In this document: positions 59,301 to 64,000 of the stretch, one piece after another | How the letters are laid out: each line of letters begins with the position of its first letter | Position numbering within the stretch: position 1 is the stretch's first letter | Virus record (IMG/VR): IMGVR_UViG_3300042695_002264 | Span: 106,519 to 170,518 of that record | DNA: 64,000 nt | Reading direction: 5' to 3' (one strand) | Source of the DNA: a virus | Program-made: the position numbers and the translations under genes | The notes under the pieces: generated by a model | Told to the model about the DNA's origin: nothing | The model's database searches: none | Seen by the model: the letters and a program-made list of their open reading frames with translations, nothing else

Positions 59301-60164
59301 ATAACTGGAGACATTTTTGTAACAGGAACGCACCCAGAAATAACCTCATTAAACTACTTTGCTACTACAGGCGAAGATATTATATTGTCTGGCTTTGATG
59401 GCAATGCACTTTCATATATATTTAGATTGGAAGCATATGAGGGGCAAAAGCTTGAAAGTGGAGTAAGGGTAGAAATTAATAAATTTATATCAGGATTAAA
59501 AACTGATGGTATATGGGATAGTATTACAGATTGCTGTTTGATGGCTGGACCAAGAACATTTTCTGGAGCTTTTGTTCCATTAAAAGGAAATAGCGGTATT
59601 GGTTATAACTTTATTAGTAGTGATTATAATCGCGCTAGCGGTTTAATTGGTGATGCATCATCAAAATATGTTGATTCTAATCGAAGCTTAAACATAGAAC
59701 CTTCAGGAAACCAACACTTGGCAGTTTATATAACTAAAACTGGATCGCCATCATTTAATCAGTACTATATCGGCGCTGGTGTTCAAAACGTAACTGGATC
59801 AAGCGCTATTTATGCTAGCGGTGCAGGTGCGCTTTTCCAAAAATCTAGAGCAAGTGGAATAGCTAATTATCAAAATTTTGGACCATCCACGGGCTTCATG
59901 GCGGTCTCAAGATTTAGCACGGGTATTTGGGCTGCAAGAAATACATATATATCAGAAACAGCCTTTGTTTATGTAGAAAGTGGGGCGCAACCAGCGAATG
60001 TGTATGTTTTTGCCAATAATAATACTGGCATTGGGGCTGGTATGCCAGAGGGTTATAGCGATGCAAGAATTGCCATTTATTCTATCGGCACGAATATTAA
60101 TATATTATCAAATTATGAAAATAGAGTTATTTCATACCTTAGTGGTATTAAGAAATATGTTTAA
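56379..60164 (+). CDS. Large fibre-like protein with terminal YPF-family domains and nested SG repeats
   Basis: Degenerate N-terminal and C-terminal (LKTDGIWD..HLAVY) family domains; central repeats. Confidence 0.6.
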   Translation: MLFEDIKHPLVSDFLTRISGSGYTYLNTESSSRINDFVKYLGSITADNGDDFAFYPLRQAQNIGIGNQIFGIGYMASGTNIVFPQNINWTESGILLNSIKNCGILNFSGKLKDSKFQFRKNETSIFYFLKHNRPKYETSLYRDGQVCPYFWFDDSLDNFGVIAPEFSTSDFRTTGTTYLYDEIYGGDKKGYQIDFSSDDPTKYNVFNSNTGRAIGTGIAPYVPPAVSFYEMDNNENKFVCINAVIRESQYSIRSFFGRDYRSLTGNFPNPYQSIEVTDPKTQEVYIDNFFPRRMVIGAGVRNKSAAGYDLDGTDHICAGILILRGDYSNKSKDIAENMAEAIGIKIRPPKNLDTTFAFGNILNDRFACSGYIASINYYDYTSPVLYKTYSDYYDIVNFTASIYSGSYIDYGQWTYNVVNSVTGELRSPQIGDTINNDSNITGIVNLIGFQNGITAPFGAFYNQGVIGFVSGYATKINNEFIFNRFTEQTESGASGFYRSNISGIATGQIFFPPIRKIFQELITGYVSGIKDSDSLFTPFDSSSNLYSSGYYYGDQVYAYPQIGIIPQKITGYISGFLSENGIFSEFDKNYLDSSSGYFYSENSYEFLPKKTITNSPVTGFLVGMKSGDYFSGYYQNTPTDGLYSGFFIDNDFSNPAEIEPVIEIYFPTGSGLFSGFSGMSGIDERLGFNFTGFFQNIFDINGDPILDESGNAIILSFDGSSGFIDIGAGPFPNTRTASCTGIIGSKNVLNFSGSFDGFNNIEVPDINYGSSYSGFFIESSGFVGTGNFGSGMFTGFIGSINILEYINLTGFQDNLDFLAGGLFTGFSFPLGSGFSGLYDNLSGTGIQTGFIGSRYYLMESGSFSGFSGFSGFSDAFLNEINIDFSFQNGSGFSGLYFQDSGYGVISGLITTGKSPLLFGDPLYFVPSILAISYGGNFTQFITGDFIFTGVIPDITGIRYLSGAVFTYAINTGSLITGDIFVTGTHPEITSLNYFATTGEDIILSGFDGNALSYIFRLEAYEGQKLESGVRVEINKFISGLKTDGIWDSITDCCLMAGPRTFSGAFVPLKGNSGIGYNFISSDYNRASGLIGDASSKYVDSNRSLNIEPSGNQHLAVYITKTGSPSFNQYYIGAGVQNVTGSSAIYASGAGALFQKSRASGIANYQNFGPSTGFMAVSRFSTGIWAARNTYISETAFVYVESGAQPANVYVFANNNTGIGAGMPEGYSDARIAIYSIGTNINILSNYENRVISYLSGIKKYV

Positions 60165-60231
60165 TTATTAATTAATAAAAAATTAAATTTTACAATATTA
60201 GAAATGTATATATAATAAGGGAAATAAAGTT

Positions 60232-61527
60232 ATGCCTCTAAATATTTTAAAAAAACGCCATATCGAAACAGAAATTGAGAATAACACTCATGTAGATGGT
60301 GAATGGAAAGTTGAGATTGTATGCCAAAATGGTGAAATTAAAAAGCCTCTTGGAGATAAATGGCGAAAAAACTTAATTCAAGATAGAGGATTGAATATAT
60401 TCAATGGCACGTATGGAAGTTTTAGCAGCAATGCTAATGCGAATACTAATTCAATATCAGCCTTTATAAGTTCGGCATATTTTGGAAATAGCAGTGCTGA
60501 TCCGTTTGCTACAGATAAAACATTTTTAACTAGCACAAACAATAATATATACTATACAAGAAGAAACACTCTAAACGTACCAGAAAATACAAATCCAAAC
60601 AGCGATGATTTAGTAACGGGGTCACGAACTTTTACAAAAGTATGGGATTTTGCATCTCTGGCTGCTGGCGAAACGCGCGATGTTAGAGAAATAGTGATTG
60701 CGGCCAATACTTATGATGGTTTTAATAATTCTACCGATCAAAGCAAGGGGACCCAAGGAACATTTACAACAAACATACCAGTAATTTCGCGCTTTATTCT
60801 TCCATCAACAGTAACTCTAACTGAATTTCAATTTTTAAGACTTTACTATTCAATAAAAGTAACAGTTCCAGCAATAGTTACGCCAGTTCCGATTACATTG
60901 TCAAATAACGGTTTTGATGGAACTGGTCAATTAAAATTAATAGGCCTATGGTCTAGTATATTTTCTGGAAATGGCCACTTATGGCAGCGCAGAAACTTTG
61001 GCACTTTGATTAACGTAGTTTCAACTCCACATACGCCATGGTCGCTAATCGGAAGAGATGGAATGGCAGCTTTACCGCTTAAAGGCAATTCAAATCCAAA
61101 TTTAAATTTTAATTTTCCAGCAGTTGGTGCTGATTTTTCAATATCGTATGCAAATGCGTTATATGATGCAACACAAACTGTACTCCATACTTCACCAGGC
61201 TGCTCTGTTAGTCCATCGTCAGCAGTTCAACAAACGGTTGTAAACCAGTCTGTGTCAAGAGAGGCTACTATGCTGTTTCAAGCAAATAACCCAAGCGTGA
61301 ATAGCCCACTTGCTGGATTTGTTTTCCTTCCTCGCGGTGAAGGCAATAATTTTACGGGAGGATCGACTCCAACTTTTACCGAAGCTCTTACTACAGATAC
61401 TGCTCTTGGAAGATACATGTGGTACTGGAGGTTCACAGACCCAACATTTACAAATCCAAGATCTGTAATTAAAGATGTCAACTATGGCCTTGTGGTTAAT
61501 TTGCGGCAAACAATTGCAAGAGGCTAA
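60232..61527 (+). CDS. Virion/fibre protein, paralog family B
   Basis: GEWKVE..NLIQ, KVWDF, SRF.LP, LRLYY, GQLKLIG. Confidence 0.55.
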   Translation: MPLNILKKRHIETEIENNTHVDGEWKVEIVCQNGEIKKPLGDKWRKNLIQDRGLNIFNGTYGSFSSNANANTNSISAFISSAYFGNSSADPFATDKTFLTSTNNNIYYTRRNTLNVPENTNPNSDDLVTGSRTFTKVWDFASLAAGETRDVREIVIAANTYDGFNNSTDQSKGTQGTFTTNIPVISRFILPSTVTLTEFQFLRLYYSIKVTVPAIVTPVPITLSNNGFDGTGQLKLIGLWSSIFSGNGHLWQRRNFGTLINVVSTPHTPWSLIGRDGMAALPLKGNSNPNLNFNFPAVGADFSISYANALYDATQTVLHTSPGCSVSPSSAVQQTVVNQSVSREATMLFQANNPSVNSPLAGFVFLPRGEGNNFTGGSTPTFTEALTTDTALGRYMWYWRFTDPTFTNPRSVIKDVNYGLVVNLRQTIARG

Positions 61528-62193
61528 TTATTTATCTAAAAATTTTAGTTTGATTTTGCCATTACTGTCTATTAATGCATAGCTAACTGGTAGGTCGCAT
61601 TGGGAGCCCAAGTTAACGCATTCAACCCAATCCACAGTTTTGTGTTCGGGCATATGGGTGTGGCCAAACACCACAGTACTGCATCCTAGATCGCGGCCAT
61701 GATGTGCAACCCGGCGCAACACTCTTTCAGCCGAAGAACGCCACGTTTTTATTTTTCGCTTGAGCTTGCGGGTGAATTTTTGCCCCTTGTCAATTTTTTG
61801 CAAGAAATAATATATTCCAGATGCTATTTCAGTGAGTACTGGCCGCATTTTAATAATATAATCCCAACGATCACCGTGGACAAAATAGAAACGCTTTCCA
61901 TTAATAACCTCAATGTGTTCGTGTTTAAAATCAAAACCTAATAGCGCACTAACAGTATCCAGATCGCGGTCATGATTACCCTTAATAAAAATGCATTTTT
62001 TATTTTTTGATAGTTTGCGCAATAATGATAATACTTTCCACTGACGTTTGCATAAACGATGAATATTGTACGAATCCAGCAAATCTCCACATATTATTAA
62101 ACTATCATACGTTTCCTCTTCAAGTATTTTTAAAACTAAATCTGCTTGGCATACAGGGCTGCCAAGATGTATGTCTGAAAGGCACAGTATCAT
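61528..62193 (-). CDS. Calcineurin-like metallophosphoesterase, LpxH (UDP-2,3-diacylglucosamine hydrolase)-like
   Basis: SDIHLG, CGDLLD, GNHD, VHGD, GHTH motifs. Confidence 0.85.
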   Translation of the reverse strand: MILCLSDIHLGSPVCQADLVLKILEEETYDSLIICGDLLDSYNIHRLCKRQWKVLSLLRKLSKNKKCIFIKGNHDRDLDTVSALLGFDFKHEHIEVINGKRFYFVHGDRWDYIIKMRPVLTEIASGIYYFLQKIDKGQKFTRKLKRKIKTWRSSAERVLRRVAHHGRDLGCSTVVFGHTHMPEHKTVDWVECVNLGSQCDLPVSYALIDSNGKIKLKFLDK

Positions 62194-62295
62194 AATGTTT
62201 TATATTATTTTTTTTATTTATTACTTTTTTACCTCACTTGATTACACTCTTCAATCATTTATAGCATATTACAATATAGAAACAAACAGTCCATG

Positions 62296-62401
62296 TATTT
62301 TTAATTCTTTTTTATTATAATATATGCTGATATTTACAAAGATCGATATATACCAGTCTATTAATAAAGCCATCCTTTATTTTTAATTCTTTTTTATTAT
62401 A
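62296..62401. repeat. 24-bp perfect direct repeat TATTTTTAATTCTTTTTTATTATA (62296-62319, 62378-62401)
   Basis: Read directly. Confidence 0.8.
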
Positions 62402-62590
62402 TATGGGTTGATTTTATTGGCGTTAGGATACCCTAACCACCCTGATAAGTAAAAGAAGGATAGATTTAAAAGTTGTAGAGTTTTAAAAATAGGCCCTAGC
62501 GACCAAAAGCTCAAACGCTTGTATGAATTTTTTTCAAAAATAGGGGGTACTTGTCAACAAAAAAAAGTTTTAAAAAAGATAAAAAATCCC

Positions 62591-62618
62591 TTGCTTTCTC
62601 GGTGATCTGTGGTAGAGT
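62591..62618 (+). promoter_or_regulatory. Early sigma70 promoter TTGCTT-N16-TAGAGT, extended -10
   Basis: A-tract upstream; 6 nt to ATG. Confidence 0.75.
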
Positions 62619-62624
62619 GTAGAC

Positions 62625-62810
62625 ATGAAGAAGAAATACTACACCAGCACAGAGATCCTTGAGTATGCGAATAAGAACAACGCAGCTTGCATCTCTGCAT
62701 CTGTGAGCCTGCGAGTGTTCCGCTACTGGACTAGCAAAGGTCAATACGAAGTGAAGTTCTACAGGGTAGAGCCTTGCGTGTGGGAGAAAAAAATCGTAAA
62801 AAAACCCTAA
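62625..62810 (+). CDS. Small leaderless early protein
   Basis: ATG 6 nt after the -10. Confidence 0.6.
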   Translation: MKKKYYTSTEILEYANKNNAACISASVSLRVFRYWTSKGQYEVKFYRVEPCVWEKKIVKKP

Positions 62811-62817
62811 AGATCCC

Positions 62818-62845
62818 TTGACTTTAATGACAGCTCTGATAGATT
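62818..62845 (+). promoter_or_regulatory. Early sigma70 promoter TTGACT-N16-TAGATT
   Basis: 6 nt to ATG 62852. Confidence 0.75.
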
Positions 62846-62851
62846 AAATAC

Positions 62852-63082
62852 ATGAATACATTCGAAGACTACATCAAACACAACGGCAAAGAATACTACC
62901 TCTGCACAGAGTATGCGTTCGATCACACTGATCAGTTGCAACTCTCTGGCTTTGTCTTGACTGATGAAGACGGCGAAGACATCTCGCAAGATGACTTCGA
63001 AGCGAACAAGGATCTTTACGATCATGTCTGCATGGTTCTTGCTAACGAAGATGCTACCTGCTACGGCGGCGCACCTTGCTAA
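62852..63082 (+). CDS. Small acidic leaderless early protein
   Basis: 18 D/E versus 3 K in 76 aa. Confidence 0.65.
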   Translation: MNTFEDYIKHNGKEYYLCTEYAFDHTDQLQLSGFVLTDEDGEDISQDDFEANKDLYDHVCMVLANEDATCYGGAPC

Positions 63083-63086
63083 CACT

Positions 63087-63173
63087 ATGACACACATCAT
63101 TATGACATACATTGCAGAGGCGCTTGCCGTGGTGCTTATCCTCCTGCTTGGCGTTGCGATTCTCTCGATCTAA
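63087..63173 (+). CDS. Possible 28-aa single-TM peptide
   Basis: MTHIIMTYIAEALAVVLILLLGVAILSI, starting 4 nt after the preceding stop. Confidence 0.4.
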   Translation: MTHIIMTYIAEALAVVLILLLGVAILSI

Positions 63174-63247
63174 GTTGTTCTAAATCAACGACTTACAACG
63201 GGCCACCCTGCGCGCGCGCGTAAGTCCTTGATAATGAGGCACTTACG
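63171..63247. repeat. Two 25-bp imperfect palindromes TAAGT-N15-ACTTA at 50-bp period, flanking a GC-rich core with (CG)5
   Basis: Copies at 63171-63195 and 63221-63245. Confidence 0.75.
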
Positions 63248-63299
63248 AATGTCAAGTAAAAAAGATAAAAAAAATTTCACACAATCGCAAAAAAATCCC

Positions 63300-63327
63300 T
63301 TGCTTTTTCGGTGGCCTGTGATACATT
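63300..63327 (+). promoter_or_regulatory. Early sigma70 promoter TTGCTT-N16-TACATT
   Basis: Near-copy of the 62581-62618 promoter; 6 nt to ATG. Confidence 0.75.
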
Positions 63328-63333
63328 GTATGT

Positions 63334-63681
63334 ATGAAAGATAAAGAAAACACCACGTTCAACGTCAACGGAACCCTTTGCACGCTCGTCGTCTCGGAAG
63401 ATCGGGAGGATGATTGCACGAAGCTTTGGCATGACCTCGTCAGCGTTGACACTGGCAAGGTCGTCGCAACCCTCGACTGGTCGCCCTACTCTTGCCCCTC
63501 TAATGAGGAAGTGCAGCAGATCATCGACCTCGGCCTGCCTAATGGCTTGCGTTGGGCTAACTCTCACCCTTCTTCTCGCTTCAACTTCGATAGCCTCATG
63601 CTGGCGAAATACCTCTCTGGCTACGAGCATCCCGATGGCGGCAAGATCGAACTGGTCTTCCGCGTTCGCTTGGCCGCATAA
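63334..63681 (+). CDS. Leaderless early protein
   Basis: ATG 6 nt after the -10. Confidence 0.65.
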   Translation: MKDKENTTFNVNGTLCTLVVSEDREDDCTKLWHDLVSVDTGKVVATLDWSPYSCPSNEEVQQIIDLGLPNGLRWANSHPSSRFNFDSLMLAKYLSGYEHPDGGKIELVFRVRLAA

Positions 63682-63689
63682 AAAAACTC

Positions 63690-63718
63690 TTGCGCTTCCA
63701 CTCAACATCCCATACTCT
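63690..63718 (+). promoter_or_regulatory. Early sigma70 promoter TTGCGC-N17-TACTCT
   Basis: 6 nt to ATG 63725. Confidence 0.65.
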
Positions 63719-63724
63719 AACAAT

Positions 63725-63934
63725 ATGAACAGCATCCACGACGACTACAACACGCAACCGCAATCCGACGAATACGCGACCGAGCACGAGGAAGTGCGCG
63801 GCACGTTCGCCGCCGAGCCTGCCGTTGAGCAGGAGCCGCAACCCTATGATGGGTTTGAGGGGCAGTGGGCTGTGGATGGGTCGGGCTTCGACGACCTCGC
63901 AGACTGGGGCGAGCAGGAGGGCTGGGACACGTAA
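63725..63934 (+). CDS. Very acidic 69-aa leaderless early protein
   Basis: Likely true start of the 63410-63934 ORF; 19 D/E versus 1 R. Confidence 0.65.
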   Translation: MNSIHDDYNTQPQSDEYATEHEEVRGTFAAEPAVEQEPQPYDGFEGQWAVDGSGFDDLADWGEQEGWDT

Positions 63935-64000
63935 GAGTGTCATAAACTTTCTCCGAACGTTTCGATGCGTGTCTCCATGACGCGGGAATAAACGATGAGG

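Noticed and set aside
50954-60164. SG-rich inserts as inteins or diversity-generating retroelement targets
   Set aside because: No C/S...HN splice junctions, no reverse transcriptase, and no near-identical nucleotide TR/VR pair; copies are synonymously diverged
62296-63247. Possible CRISPR array from the repeats near the right end
   Set aside because: Only two copies of each repeat, no regular repeat-spacer series, no cas genes
62553-63255. Minus-strand TTGACA hexamers upstream of two early promoters
   Set aside because: No -10 element at a suitable spacing, so not called as antisense promoters
63252-63943. Minus-strand ORFs and the long 63410-63934 version in the GC-rich end
   Set aside because: Promoter geometry supports plus-strand starts at 63334 and 63725; higher GC content lengthens spurious ORFs
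1-64000. Alternative genetic code (stop-codon reassignment) as in some large phages
   Set aside because: Standard-code ORFs tile the window densely and core genes are intact
1-64000. tRNA/rRNA genes, integrase, tail sheath
   Set aside because: None recognisable by eye; intergenic gaps are short and AT-rich; a tRNAscan/Infernal run would be needed to exclude small RNAs

Overview
This window is a 64-kb segment of a large, AT-rich tailed dsDNA phage (Caudoviricetes). It is probably siphovirus-like, since no sheath gene is recognisable here. Layout: (i) 1-12.5 kb holds at least seven glycosyltransferase genes and an NDP-sugar C-methyltransferase, mixed with a sigma factor and ssDNA-binding/annealing-type genes. 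(ii) 12.5-48.5 kb, minus strand, is the morphogenesis module: tail tip, 1680-aa tape measure, tail chaperones, tail tube, neck, major capsid, protease/scaffold, fibre-like proteins, portal, terminase, C2H2-ERCC4 nuclease, a second sigma factor and PhoH. (iii) 48.6-61.5 kb, plus strand, is a block of paralogous fibre-like virion proteins carrying Ser/Thr-Gly-rich inserts. (iv) An LpxH-like phosphoesterase follows, and from about 62.5 kb there is a GC-richer region of small leaderless genes, each with its own sigma70-type promoter. Most notable: the tape measure protein is divided by repeated [ST]GF[IT]PNF motifs that bracket a PD-(D/E)xK nuclease-like domain, suggesting an injected, processed effector polyprotein. 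The SG-rich repeats in three fibre proteins are nested like balanced parentheses. The glycosyltransferase cluster together with [ST]G-rich virion proteins suggests a virion glycosylation system. Regulatory signals include a TGTAAT late-promoter motif and a conserved leader shared by the tape measure gene and a 78-aa gene. All family calls come from motif recognition by eye; no searches were run.
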